Below are positions 1-13,060 of a DNA stretch of 64,000 bases, one piece after another. Made by a program: the position numbers and the translations under genes. How positions within the stretch are numbered: the stretch's first letter is position 1; each line of letters begins with the position of its first letter. This DNA is from Ramazzottius varieornatus (taxonomy: Eukaryota > Animalia > Tardigrada): contig BDGG01000015.1 of assembly GCA_001949185.1 (NCBI GenBank), positions 377,036 through 441,035 of the forward strand. The letters are read 5' to 3'. The notes beneath the pieces are model-generated. The model saw only the letters and a program-made list of their open reading frames with translations, had not been told where the DNA came from and searched no databases.

Positions 1-579
1 ACTTTGAGAGGACGCATCCCCGGACATATTACTCAGCGCCATCGAGGTGGAAGATGAATGCGCGATGCATTACAGCCAACGGCATGCACCGTACTAGTCC
101 GTCAGAGATGATTTTGGGCCATTTCTCGCTAACCGTCTCTCCTCCCGAAACATGACCGATGTGGGTTCACCCTTTTACTCGGTGGAAGGAGAGTTCTCTA
201 GTAAAGTGAATGCGTCAAGAAAAATTTTGCAAAAAGACCTGGAAGAAATAAAAATTAAATTGAAAACGATCTCCGAAATCCGAATCTCCCACTAACGGCA
301 CGGCCTTGTTAAGGGAAAGCACCGGACCAATCAAACCGATCAACGCTACAATATGAAATTTAACATGAGGTGGATGATTGATTGTTGATTATCTAGTAGG
401 ACATACTGCTTCCAGGATTTTGCATCCCAACAGAGCACGCATCTGTTTCCGTTTGAGACGTTAGACTGGCTAAAAGTGTCAAACTTCGCACGATCAACGG
501 ATAGGGGACTAAACATTCGAAAACCGTAGTCTCTCGACTGTTCAGGGACTCTAGTTGCGGACTAATCCGTTGGACCAAG

Positions 580-2681
580 ATGGAGAACTTCGAGCGAGGC
601 TGGCAAGCGACGACGCCAAAGATCCGGAAGCGCCTGGAGCACGTCCTTGATTCGATCGATGATTTTCCACCTAATGTCCAGTTTGCGGTAGAACTTCCCG
701 ACGAAAAACCAGAAACCATAGGAGCTCACAGGTTAGTAGTGAGAACCAAGGATAACATTGCATGGACTAATTGGACTGAAAAAAACCGCGTTTTTCCATC
801 GCGGTTTTTTTGAGTCCTGTTCGTTTGTCCGGAAGTTCCTGGGTTTTTGCAGGTTGATCTTAGCTGCAGGCAGCGAAGTTATGTACGCGATGCTCTGGCC
901 GAAAGGAATCCATGCATCCGCGTAACAGATCTCCATCCGAAGGCTTTCCGGCAAATGGTGCGGTACGAAGCGTCGTCTCAATAAAGAAGAACCCTAAAAC
1001 AATACATATGCCCAATGTCCATGGTTGGAAAACGGTTGTCTTGTTGCAGGTTTTTGTATACCGATGAGATCGACGTTTATGAAAATGACCGTTCGCCTGA
1101 CGACTACCAGCCCGAAGCAGCATGGTTGACTTCTCGGACGACGGAATGCGCCAGGAAGTACGACATTCCCGAACTGTATTTCGCGTGTCGCGCGGCGATG
1201 GTCAAAATACTTAGCTCTCATGACGAAGACAAACCTGCATTTTGCACGACCATTTTGTTGGAGGTGAGCAGTAGGGTCACTTTCGCGTGTTCTGTACATG
1301 ACGTGGAACCTCGGTGAGCAAGCTGGACCAGGTCGTTCTCTCAAGTGGCGCACGCTTCTGGCCAGTAATGCCGAAACAGTGTCACTTGAGGAGACGATCT
1401 GGTCGAGTCGGCGTATCGATCTCTCAAGGGTCTTTCTTTAGGCACTGGTTATGGGTGATGAGGATGTCGTGAGCTTCTGCTATCAATTCACCTCCGTACG
1501 GTAATGCTGTCCAATAACAGATCTGAACGTCGAGATTTTGTCCCATAAAATCCTTTGTAAGATATTGGAACGCGACGACACTTTCTGGAGTGAGAAAGAT
1601 TTATACGATCTGAGTTTAAGGTAGGCGATGACGAGCCTATAAGTCTTCAAGTTTGGGACTTTCATGTCGTGATATTAAGGTGAGACCTGACAACTACCGT
1701 CTTTTGGTTTAGGTGGGCTAGGTTCCACTGTGGACAGGGCGCAAATTCCGAAGAACTGGTCGAGAAGCTTGGAATAGTTCGCCACCTGATTCGGTATTCC
1801 GAAATGAAGCCCTCAGATATTGCGGATGGACCTTCCATAGTAAGTAGCTCCCGTAAGATATTTTACCGTCTGCTTGATGCTCTTAGCATGAAGTGCCCAG
1901 CGTTATGTCCCGATTGCTGAACTGTGACAAACGGAAGACCGGCAAACGAAATGTGCAACATCGCTATTTGAAGTGGCGCACTCTTCCAGCCAATAACGTC
2001 GAGTACTTGCGCTAATTGATACTACAGCGATCTTGCACGCTTACCAGCCTCCCAAATATGGTTGCAGGACAAGATTTTGTCATCGGATGACGTTCGACTG
2101 GTGACCCAGAAAAGGTTCGGTACTATCCGAAGTAAAGACAGTTTTCCCTTCAACATCGCTAAAAACGCGAAATGTACCGATGGACTCCGCGACAACTTCC
2201 AACTGTTTCCCTTCCAGTCAGAGCGACCTATAAGCCATCTGACAGTGCTATCGGTAAGACACTGGCCGAACATACTCTCTTGGTGGCCGTCCATCCTATG
2301 ATATCACCGGAAATGTTTAAAACGTTCTTTGACCTGAGCTTGTCGGATTACCCGTTCGGGCTCGTCATGGAGGACTTCATCGTCGCCAACCAAGGTGCGT
2401 TCGAGCCATCTATTGAACAGCGTGATTGTGTGAAGGCCCCACTGGATATCCCAACTACGTCTTTCCCCGCTTACGTGATGGCAGGTGATGTTGCGATGAT
2501 CATGGACCATCGTATAGATGAAGTGGTGGTCAACGTGGTTCTGAAACCGGCCTTCAGGCCTCCGGGTTGGCGGGTAATTGGACGCATTATGGTAGCGTTT
2601 GAGCTGGAGTTGATGAAAGGTTTAGAGTTAATTCACGTGGAAAATCGAGATGAAATCACCGTAACTTGTAACAGAAGCTAA
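580..2681 (+). pseudogene. BTB/POZ-BACK domain protein (BTBD1/2/3/6-like), multi-exon, with lesions
   Basis: Spliced reading gives NVQFAV..IGAHR|LILAAGSEVMYAML..IRVTDLHPKAFRQMVR|FLYTDEI..ARKYDIPELYFAC (BTB), then LSHKILCKILERDD..SEKDLYDLSLR|WAR..LIRYSEMKPSDIADGP (BACK). GT-AG introns at ~732-852, 963-1050, 1264-1441 and 1621-1712. Frameshift near 893 and in-frame TAA at 1502-1504. True start uncertain. Confidence 0.75.
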
Positions 2682-2822
2682 CGTACGCCATGTCATCCTG
2701 CCTTTTTCCAACACGACATCAGGTCCTACGATTTGTTGCGAAGTGGAGGACGAAACGCCATCTGCTGGTAAAAGATGAACGATCAAATCCCATTATCGAG
2801 TGCTTCCCACTGTTTTCTCCCG

Positions 2823-2997
2823 TACACGCACGATGGGTAATTATAGGACAGTAAACATGGCGGAAAGGACGGCAAAATGGAAATTCAACCGTAGAAAAGT
2901 ATTGAAAAGTACTTTAGTGCGAATCGGTCGTGTACGTACGTGCTTCCGTACCGCCGTAGCGAAAAGGCCTGTCCTATAATTGCCCATCGTGGGTGTA
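2823..2997. mobile_element. MITE family B (TA-flanked, ~28-bp TIR), copy 1
   Basis: TACACGCACGATGGGTAATTATAGGACAG ... CTGTCCTATAATTGCCCATCGTGGGTGTA; related copies at 4395-4588 and 33205-33389. Confidence 0.8.
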
Positions 2998-3088
2998 CAT
3001 GAACCTTCCAAGGGCCTTTGCAATGGATGATATAGAGAGATGAAGAACTGTTGGATGGGATAATCAAATCGGACCAGCGTTTTTTTGG

Positions 3089-3194
3089 TACACGTGCCTG
3101 GCCTAAATATGGGGATNNNNNNNNNNNNNNNNNNNNNNNNNNNNNNNNNNNNNNNNNNNNNNNNNNATCTCCACATTTAGGCCAGGCGCGTGTA
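3089..3194. mobile_element. MITE family A (TIR TACACGYGCCTGGCCTAAAT) with assembly gap inside
   Basis: Inverted termini tacacgtgcctggcctaaatatg / catttaggccaggcgcgtgta flank the N run; TA ends. Confidence 0.8.
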
Positions 3195-3254
3195 TACTTT
3201 GCGATAAACTACAGATTAACCGAACAATGCGGCGACGATGGGTACGCATGCAAA

Positions 3255-4194
3255 TACTAGGTCTGTTAGTATGACTTTGCGGTTTTCGGCGGAACACTTT
3301 CAAACGTATTTTGAGGGCTCGTGTACAGAAGTTCAAATCTTGGCTGGTGTTCTATCTGTCTAACAGACTCTTGCCGATTTTTCAAGAACAAAATCTGGTC
3401 AATGCAATGAGATCAGCAAACTAGAAAGATGTCGGAAGGACTAAACCTCAGTTCTGAACACAACCTTTTTTGAAAAATTTTGGCACGAAACAAGCTTTTT
3501 GAATTCGAGAATGATAAAAAGGTTTTATGGTGCTGAACATGGTCTGTCAACTACGAAAAAAACAAACCTTGAAAGATATGCTTCGAGAATTCTGAAAGAT
3601 AACTTTTGTGCAAAACAGGGTGGAAAGTTGCGGTTGTCGACGTGCTCCACTTTAGTGAGGTGGGAGCCTCCCCATTGTTCCCTCTATCATTGCTCAACGA
3701 AAACGAGAGCTAAAGCTCTTGGAGAGTACACCAATGTATTTACTATCCACTTTCGAAGTTTGAAAAGTTTTGCTTTCGACCGGCTTCCAAAGCAAGTAGT
3801 TTTGCATCGTCCGATGTCAGTTTTTCCAAGCGTTTTCTCCCACCTGGCTGACTGATGGAGTAGACTGTTCTCGCCAACTGAAGCGATCATTCGCTAGCGT
3901 CTTCGTTGAGGTCTTGTTTACCGTAGTGTCTGAATTTCTAGCTGCCTTGGTGTCGCTACACAAAATAGAACTCTAGGTGAAGGTAATTTTCAAAAATTTT
4001 CAAGCACGAAACAGTCTCGTACAAAATCACACAAATGCACAGATCAGGGTTTCCACAATCTTGTGAAAAAGGCTAATGTGTCTACTATTGTTTACGCAAA
4101 AAAGAAGCGAGAAATTCCGTCAGAGGCCAAAGATATGAATTTTCAAAACTCCCCTCTGAAAAACCGCAAAGTCATACTGACATACCTAATAGTA
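3255..4194. mobile_element. Non-autonomous DNA transposon with ~30-bp TIRs
   Basis: taggtctgttagtatgactttgcggtttt at left; aaaaccgcaaagtcatactgacataccta at right. Confidence 0.7.
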
Positions 4195-4394
4195 CACGCG
4201 AGTTTTACTTCACCTTAAAGTGTGGATCTTCCGCGTCACCGCATCCCGCTCAGAGATAGATATAGAGCTGGTGGCGGACCCAAAGGTGAAGGGTATGGCA
4301 GATTATTTCGTGATTTTGGATAATGCATGTGCTGCTTTGACGCTTGTTCTTGTCTGAAGGCTTTCTCTAACCGCCATTCAGCATTCACAAAAAG

Positions 4395-4588
4395 TACATG
4401 CACCACGAGAATATTATGGGCCAGTACAAATTATGGCCAGGCGGAAAACACGGCAAAATTGAAATTCAAAAGTAGAAAAGTGTCGAAAAGTATCGAAAAG
4501 TGTATTACTGTAGTTCAGACGCGTATGCACGTTCATCCATACCACCGCAGCGAAAAGACCTGGCCCATAACTGCTCTTTATGCGTGTA
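4395..4588. mobile_element. MITE family B, diverged copy 2
   Basis: Shares the internal ggcggaaa..cggcaaaat.gaaattcaa..gtagaaaagt..cgaaaag core with 2823-2997; TA ends. Confidence 0.65.
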
Positions 4589-5428
4589 CCGGTCAATACA
4601 TCCAACAGTTATTTTTATTAATTTCTTTTTGACCAAGTGGACACTAGCAGGCGAACTCACTCTACCGTAAAGGGCACGTTCTAAACCCTGGGCCTGGCAC
4701 TTGTAACTGTAATTTGTATCTGTATTTTTTGTGCGTAATCTGTAACCGCGATCGAAACTCCGCCAAAACACGAAACGATAAGTCACGCACACGGCAAGAC
4801 TGACAAACTTTTAATCTGTGATTAAATGGGCAGTTCAGCAAAAATAATTGGGTCTCATCAACAACCAGCAAACGTGATAAAAAATTTGTGCTACCATAAT
4901 AGTCGATATTCAAAATTTAGCTTTGATGTTTCATACAAAATAACGTACACCTTCTCGACGGAATAATGGCGTTAAAATATTCGAATGCAGTTAGAAATAG
5001 GACTTTTGTGTAGCAGAATTCAGATGAATTTTTGACCGTGCAAGACAGGATGTCGGTCGTTTCTGCGTCCCATCCTTTGTGTGTTTCCGATTTTGGGCCA
5101 TACATCCTTCCTTCATCACGCTCTTAACCGATTCCTGAATCGACTTTTCTCGCATAGGCAGCGCAGCGTAGTTCAATTATTTGAACCAGGAGACACCAAG
5201 GTGTCCGTGTCAATAAAGTCATCCGTATCCTGTTTCACAATCTCTTTGATGGCATCTTTTAATGAGCCTTGTGGCATGCTTGGGATTTCCTTTGTCACCG
5301 CAGCAACTTCCACATGGACTCTTAATATGCCTCTTCCGTTAAAAAGTTTGAAAATATAAGCCTGATTTTCCAGGTACCACTTGAGTACAGAAATGTTGGT
5401 AGCCATAATTCAGAAACTGTTTGAGTTG

Positions 5429-5976
5429 TATAGGCGGCCCTGACGGCCATCGTTCTAACTAGCTACGAAAACATAGAGCTACATGCTTTCACAGCTACCG
5501 ATTCGCCGGTTATGAGTTTGCGTAACAATCAAGACTACTACCTACATGATTTTGTATCTACTTGTTCATGTAGGCTCAAATTTGGCCTACATCGAAACAG
5601 TCGGTTACTACTTGCGCCGTCACGTGCCAGCACAGAAACGCTGGTCACGACATCATGTGGTCAGTGAGTTTGCCTGTACGAAATAATCACACCCACCGGT
5701 TCGCTGTTTTTGTGTGGTAGGGAGGAAGTAGAAACCGACTGGTTCGATGTAGGCCAAATTTGAGCCTACATGAACAATTAGATGCAAAATCATGTTGGTA
5801 GTAGTTTTGATAGCTACATAAACCAATAGCTTGTTAAATAGACAGCTACACAAACTGACAGACAGTAGTTTTGATAGCTATCAAAACTTGTAGCATGTTG
5901 AATTGATAGCTATAAAAGCATGTAGCTACATGTTTCCATAGCTAAGTTAGAACGGTGACCGCCGGGGCCGCCCATA
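5429..5976. mobile_element. Foldback element / long-TIR MITE
   Basis: The two halves are reverse complements over most of the length, e.g. ttgttcatgtaggctcaaatttggcctacatcgaa (~5562) vs ttcgatgtaggccaaatttgagcctacatgaacaa (~5743); TA at both ends. Confidence 0.85.
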
Positions 5977-8058
5977 GAGGTGGGTTAGAAAGAATACCAG
6001 GGAAGTATGGCCGGGTGCTTATCACTCAGTTCATGATGACTTATGTGTCCAGTGAGGGAAGGGTTTTTCTCCTTCGACTGTCAAGATGAGAGCACTTTTA
6101 TCTGTTTCGCTTGATACACAGTAGCAGTGCGCTCTCACTGCGACTTTCCTCCTCGGGGACTTGAGTTTGCGCTGCGTTGCAGTTCGATCGACAATTCTTC
6201 CTTGCCGTTTTCTTCGGCTTCCGTTTTAAAGTCATTGATTAGCTGCCAGTTGTGTGCATCATTATAATCAGGAGTGCCCTCAAGCTTGATGCCCGCAGAA
6301 AGATCATTACCCCCACAGGCGAGGTGCTCAGGCCAAACCACCCCCACTATCACTATACAAGCGAGAACGTATCGACCATGAGCCTGCAAAAGGACACAAC
6401 GTCTTCACGTGTAGATGAAACAGCCAATTGTACGATGTCGGTAATGACTGCCAACCCGATATTAAATTTGAATGTTCCATTGTATCTGCCAGACGAATGA
6501 ACTGAGACAGCATTGGCACTGAAACATTAATGGCATTGCCAATGCCTCACGCATAAAACGTACAAAACGAATTTGAGATCGGGCTGGCAACTAGTCCCCA
6601 CACAGACCATCCACACCACGAGCTGTCCAAGGTTAACTTAAGACAACCGGATAGGTCTGGTTACAGGTTGGAGTTCACAAAGTCAATAGAAAACCACGAC
6701 TCCCTGATAGAGCAACCCGCCTTGCCACGCTATCAGAAGTCCGCAGGGGATAGAAGCATATGGATGCTCGGATGCAGTCTTGACTCTCGATTTTGATTCG
6801 GTAAATGCGAAGTAAGTGAACCATCCAGCCCTGAATAGTCCGATAAGCTACACAGAGAAAAATACGGTTGTGATTTTGTCGTCCGAGTGTACGGTCAGGT
6901 ATCGTTGGGCAACATGTGAGACACCAATAGTACCGTTTGTACCCAACGCAATCATAGCCTTATGGCGACACGATTTCCCCTGCGCGACGTTTCAATGAGT
7001 GTAGTATACGTACACAGCAAACACGTCGGTTTGAGCTGTGACGTCAGGCTCAACATTGCCATTTACCAGCTGTTTTCCACATTAGCCATGGCGCTGCGCA
7101 ATAGACAATGTGACAAACAGTTGGTGTTCGTATATGCTGCCCGTCATGTGGCCATCGGCTTGCAGTCGGGTCGGTTTATCTGAGCGAATCCGGTATCCGC
7201 TACGTAACGGCTCTATGGGTGCAGCGTACGCACACGGCGAGCAGGCCGGTTGAGTCGTGATGTTAGACCCAGCATTGCCGTTCCCCAGCTGTTTGTCACA
7301 TTTGAATTTTCCAGCGCCATGGCTGTTTTTTAGCGGCATGGCTGGCTAGATTGCGTCGAAGGAGACAAAGATATGATTGTGCCTACTACAACCGTCCACT
7401 GACTCCACTCGCCTGAAATCTGGAGCTGAATTTACGGTTTCACTTCGAAGCCCGCTATACATTCACCATAAAAGCATACCAAGCTAAGGGTCAGAATTAC
7501 GTAACAGACGCGTTACTTGGTGCTGTGAACGGCGTAATCAGGCAATCAAGCCCGAGGTGCTCGGCAGTGCCGGGCCTGCAGTATCGTTGACTTCATATAA
7601 CTTGCCCATTTTGAAATGAGGAATATTGGTCAGATGACCAGATCTCGCGCAGGCACGCTGTATGAAGTGCGACTTACTCGAAGTACTACACATATGATAT
7701 ACCTATGTAACATTGTTTTTTGCTAATCTGCATTCCGAAAGGTCCGGAATTCCGTGAAACGCCACGCGTAATATTAGCGACGGATGGGGATAAATCCCTT
7801 GAGTTCATACTGCAGTGTGAGGTGACGCGGTATTTCTGGCTAATTTCCTCCTCGGTGTTCCTCGCCGTAGTGCCACCTTCTTTGGCAGCCGATCCACTCC
7901 GCGTCTGCAAGTAACAGAGGAGAGAATTACTGACAATGGCAAATAAGCCGGATCGTTTTGTCCGCTGGCGCACATTCCGTTGTGATTGATTGCAAATGTG
8001 AGCCGCTGCGGAAAATGTTCGTTTCCCTATGTTTATAACGTGGACTATTGTATTACTG

Positions 8059-8638
8059 TACACGCGGCTGGCCTAATTATTGGCCTGGACAAGATTTCTG
8101 GCCGGACGGGCTGGCGGCAGTTTGACGCAGCGATTGTTATGTCATAGCAGAAACTAGCCCTGTGACGCCAGCAAGTAAAATTTCGCAGTGTAGAATTTTC
8201 AGATTTCGTTTCTTATTTCGTACTTCTTTTCCCGTCTTGAGGGAGGTTAGCCTGGAATATGCCGGAAGGTCTTGAGAGCAAGAGACAGCGAAAGTATACG
8301 GAGGATAGCTTGAAAAAGGCAGTTCGCACGGTTGCCTTCATAAGGTGGTGGATTGCCTAAGTAAAGGCCTTTCCGGCGAGAAAAGTCAAGTTTTAACGTT
8401 GATTTACCATCAGAGCTGCAGTTTCCTAGCAAAATGACCAAGCATATAGACGGAAACCAGATCTGCGATGATTGAGAAGATCTGTGCAAACGTTTGGTTG
8501 TTCGTGTAGGTAAAGCGGTAATGTGTGGTGAAACCAGTCCTGTTTCAGCCGCAAGCGAATACAACTGACGGAGCCGCTGATTCGGAAATCAGTGCCCAGG
8601 AATTTTGTCCAGGCCATTAATAGGGCCAGCCGCGTGTA
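8059..8638. mobile_element. MITE related to family A (TA TSD, Tc1/mariner-like)
   Basis: tacacgcggctggcctaattattggcctggacaa ... ttgtccaggccattaatagggccagccgcgtgta. Confidence 0.8.
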
Positions 8639-9117
8639 CCTAAAAGACTACTGAACTCGGCGGGGTTTCTCTCTGCGGTATCAAGAACTTGTGAGCAGGA
8701 TCAGCACTTTCAGTGTTGTGGTATCTCGACTGGGTTTTCTTGATACTGCACAGGCTGTAATGCAGGTAGTTATCCCTGTTGCGACACTGTTTGTGGGGCA
8801 TACCTGCAAAAAAGTGTGTTGTTTGTGAACTCAAATGGCTAAGTTAGAAATGGTTAATTAGGATTGTGATAAAGTTGCCCATGGAAAAGAATATACAGTA
8901 GAATCTTGGGGTCTTCGTACTGTGTTACGCTCAAAGTACGAAAGGTAATCCAACCGAGCTCAACTTAGTAAGCCTCGTTCTGAACCAGGCTTTTCTCATC
9001 CGAGCTAGCGGATCTTTGGGATCGACGACAGAATATTCGCTTTCGTTGGCAAAGACCAGGTTGATAGGCGACCTTCCTCCTCGACAGCCGTCCGCTTTGA
9101 AAAAGCTGTCCCATAAG

Positions 9118-9964
9118 TAGGCTTGCCTCGACCCGGGGTCGAAGAGGTTACGAACGTCTTCATTTGTATTATCGACCCGTTATAAGTTAGTTAAGAGAAT
9201 CGGCAGTAAAGGCATTGTTTCCAGAGACAGCTGTACGTAGCTAACCATCTTCTGGCCATACAGTACATTCCCCCAACTTGACGCCAGTAATGGATCATGT
9301 TTGTGCGAATGATCTATCGATTGGCTGCCGAATTTTGAGCTACGCATGCGGAAAATCACTGTATAGCCCGAAGTTCAATAGGCTCAAGCCGCCTCTGATC
9401 GTTTCTCAAAAACATCGCGTGTTTTTTCGGTAGAAAATTTTTGCATAATCGTATACAGTATACTCAAAAGATTACCTGTTGCTATGACTATGTGTGGAGC
9501 GCTGTTTACAATAATGTTTCTCAGTATTTCTCAAGTGCGAAAACATCTTGAATAAACGGCGAACGCCGATCAGCACTCGAAATACAGCTTGATCAGTTCA
9601 TTAAGCCCGTTTAGCACATGCCCACTTTTAGAGTAGCTTATTTGTCTACTAGTATCAGCTTCGTGTGTAGCTTTGTCGTAACCTGATTTCAAAATTTCGC
9701 AGACTTACTCTTACTGCAACTTCAACTTTTTGCCTATCTCATAGTTGAAACACGTTCTTTCTGACGGCGCTGGTGTGATCATTCGAATCATCCATGTTCA
9801 AAATAAATACTCGTACATTTAAAAACCCTGTTGCAGTATGTTTGGGTCGACCCGTTAACCCGGGTTCGATGCTAGCGGGTCGAATAGGTCGATGATACAA
9901 ATGAAAATGTTCGTAACCCATTCGACCCCGGGTCGATCGACCCGGTCGCGTCGAGGCAAGCCTA
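9118..9964. mobile_element. hAT-like non-autonomous element
   Basis: TIR TAGGCTTGCCTCGAC / GTCGAGGCAAGCCTA, subterminal inverted cgaccc repeats, degenerate 8-bp TSD cccataag/ctcatgag. Confidence 0.7.
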
Positions 9965-12046
9965 CTCATGAGATACTGCAAAGATTCTTTGCGTCCGCCC
10001 AGTAGGTGATGATGGACTGCCAGAGGGGGTCTGAAGAGGCACTAAACCCTGGCTGGGGCTGTACTTCACGTATACGATACCGTACTGCGCAGAAGCAGCG
10101 AATCTACATTTATTATGAGAAGATGATAGTCCTAGGACAAAACGACAGTTGGCCTCCTATACATACCGTTGTGGCTTCGTGGTAGTGTTGGCCGGGATAA
10201 CCGTATTTGACGATTTTGCTGGTTATTACTGGGTCCCCGGTGAAAATGTCGTTCAAGCGTGGAAAACGTTTTCTGGAACTTGGGATAACTCGTGGTAAGG
10301 TCTTCGATATTCGGGCGTCACGGCTGAATCAAAATCGAATTGAATTTAATTCTGGTTAAAGTGTGCTATCTACTGCCTTTCCCATTACACCACATCTTTC
10401 TTCCTGCTCGCGTAAGCCCGGCTGTTTCATTGTTACGCATCATTTGACTTTTCGTTCTCGATATCGGGTTCCTTATCTGTACTCCCTCCTCTCTACACAA
10501 CATACCCCACATTCTTCTCGATGATGTTCCTTGCCGATGAGAAAACTTTCGCTTCTCGTGCTGCTACACGAGAATATTTATCTTCCACCCGCCCACCCTA
10601 CATTTTCTATACTGGTTCCCTGCTCAATAAAAGGGGCATTCGGATTCGCGTCGTATCAGAATTACGAGTGCCTCCATTCCGGCAAAGTTACTTCCGAGTT
10701 CGTTCATTGAAGAACACGCTATTTAAACTGAAAAGCAAGTTATCAGTTAACTTCTTGTTGAGGAGCCAAGAACCGTGGTGTTACTCGTACTGCACCGAAC
10801 GTCGGAATGGAGGGATGGGGATTGGCTGCTCAGCATAGGAGTCGTGCTGCGTTCCAAAGACTATTCCCAAAACCCACAAGGGCCTCCCTTGCATTCCGAT
10901 TCTGGAATGCGACATCAAGTGTGAACCTTGAGGTTTTCTCCAGTCGAAAAGCTGTTAGCTAGTAGCGAGCTTGAATAAATGCAGACATTAAGTTGCCACC
11001 GCCAGATGAAAGTCCCACTGTAGCTAAGATGAGTTGCGACGTCACTCATAAGCGAAACAGCCGATCAGAACTTTGAATAGTTGGGCAGCCACTATGCTTC
11101 CCAATGCTAGCCAACCGTACTCCGATGACGCTGTTTTTCGAAAATAAGGGGAGCTCCGGAAAGCGAAATGTAGTTACACGTCACAAAAGGGGCGGAGCAA
11201 GGCCGTAGCTACAGTGGCAAAGTGAACGGGAGTGGCAACTCAATCTCTATAATGTTGATTAAGGGCTTCGGTAACCCGTCAGTCCGAAAAGCTATCAAAG
11301 GTTTGTCGGAGATAGTTTGCTGTTTCCAAAAACCGCAGCGGGTAATTGTTTCAGGACATATAAACGAAACAATGATTGTAAGATCGACAGCACGTGGAAC
11401 AAGACGGATACAGTAGGACGTGTGCAACCTTACATAAGTTACTGTATCGGAAGGTTTTCTGTAGCCTCGCTCTACGGTAATACTTCATGGGCCGCATCAT
11501 TTTGTCTTCAGAATTGCGATCACCAGTCTAATAACGTTAGGCCCAAAAATATCTACGCTGTCACTACAAAACAAAAAAGACCATAGGAATATCGAACTAG
11601 GTCGGCAAATGAATTAAAACTGGTGAATTTGGCCATTTGCCGGGAAAAGTCTAGCTCTCGTTCAGTCCGACAGATTCACGTTTCCGACCGCCCTGTCCGT
11701 GGCTCAGACTCGGTCCTAATTATTTTAACAAAAAAAAATGCAGGTGCTCTGCAAGACACCGAAGAAATAATTTTCGAAAACGGTCCCAAAAACTGCACAG
11801 TTGTGAGTTTTTTCGCCTCGCACCTTTTCTGATTCTAGGTCGATCTCCACTGCCCGTAAGCAGATTTCCGGCCTGTAATTTCTGTTGAGATGGCCACTAG
11901 GATGTTCAACCAGGGGAAACTAGTTCGAACGTTGAACAATGATCGAGTCGAGATCAACTCAATATAATGAGCGGTAGCAAGTTGGCTGGGACAGGGTGTA
12001 TATGCGACATATATGTGTATGCAACATGAATAAGAAGAATGAATGA

Positions 12047-12660
12047 AAGAATTGTCTGAGTTTGCCTAAACTCTTGTATGTTCTAAGGTGTAGCCCAACC
12101 TGGACCTTCCCTGAGCTGCTACAAGAGTTAGACGGCGTGCTCCGGCGCAGCGTTGCGCAGATCTCCAACATCAACATGTCGGACGACGTATGGAAGCAAG
12201 CGACCTTACCAGTGGATAAAGGTGGCCTCGGCATCCGTCGAGCAGAGCAGATTGCCCTCCCGGCCTATTTGGCCTCGATCTACTCTGCAAGACGTCTAGT
12301 GTCCGGAATGATCGCTGATTTTGACGTGGATGACCTGTGCGCCGATGAGTTGGCAAGCTGGAGTGTTCAGTCGGGAACTGAGCCTCCGATAGCTGCCCTC
12401 AGAGGAGTACAGCGCGTCTGGGGTCAGCCTCTTGCTGACCGATGCTTCGCTGAAATACTAGAAACAAGCTCAGTGCTGGACAAAGCCAGAATGCTCGCTG
12501 TGTCCGCCAAAGAGTCGAGCGCTTGACTACATGCACTGCCGGCTGCCTGCTGACATTCAGAAAGGCAATTCCGCTTGTGTTTTGGGCACTTTTCCTTATG
12601 CTCAGGGCTTAGAAGAGGTCTTTTTTGTTTTAGATATTCAGAAACAGGTGATGTAGTTTG
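12047..12660 (+). mobile_element. Non-LTR retrotransposon remnant (CRE-clade-like), 5' truncated and internally deleted
   Basis: PKLLYVLRCSP..WKQATLPVDKGGLGIRRA..ESSA*LHALP (post-RT/thumb region), followed directly by the C-terminal IQKGNSACVLGTF motif. Confidence 0.75.
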
Positions 12661-12928
12661 TTGTATGCTTTTAGCATTACACTATGTCGTGCGGATCTTT
12701 GCCCAGCAAACTAAATCGAAATAGAGCAGTCGTATAAGAGGGTCATCAACCAGTCCAACGGAAGATACCAAAGCCCAAGCAGTGTTCTGACAAAAACCTG
12801 CTGCTTTTGTCCAACCGATAATACTGGACTACAATGTTCACAGAGCACCACTTTTACGCTCAATTGAGAAGGAGGCAACATTCACCAGAGCTTACACTTC
12901 CACCAGACCGTTGGATATCTCATTACGG

Positions 12929-13060
12929 TACACGCGCCTGACCCGATTACCGCCCTGGAAGAAATTTCCGGCCACCGGCCGAAAGCCGCAACGTTTCGAT
13001 AGATCGATCGGTTTATCTGGCGGCTGTCGCTTCCGGTCAGTGGCCGGAAATTCTGTCCAG
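12929..13060. repeat. Partial family-A-like MITE with internal hairpin
   Basis: Left end tacacgcgcctg; inverted ctggaagaaatttccggccacc / agtggccggaaattctgtccag. Confidence 0.55.

Noticed and set aside
6135-7339. Short minus-strand ORFs with signal-like and ankyrin-like snippets and a degenerate ~220-bp repeat
   Set aside because: Too many stops and no convincing family motif
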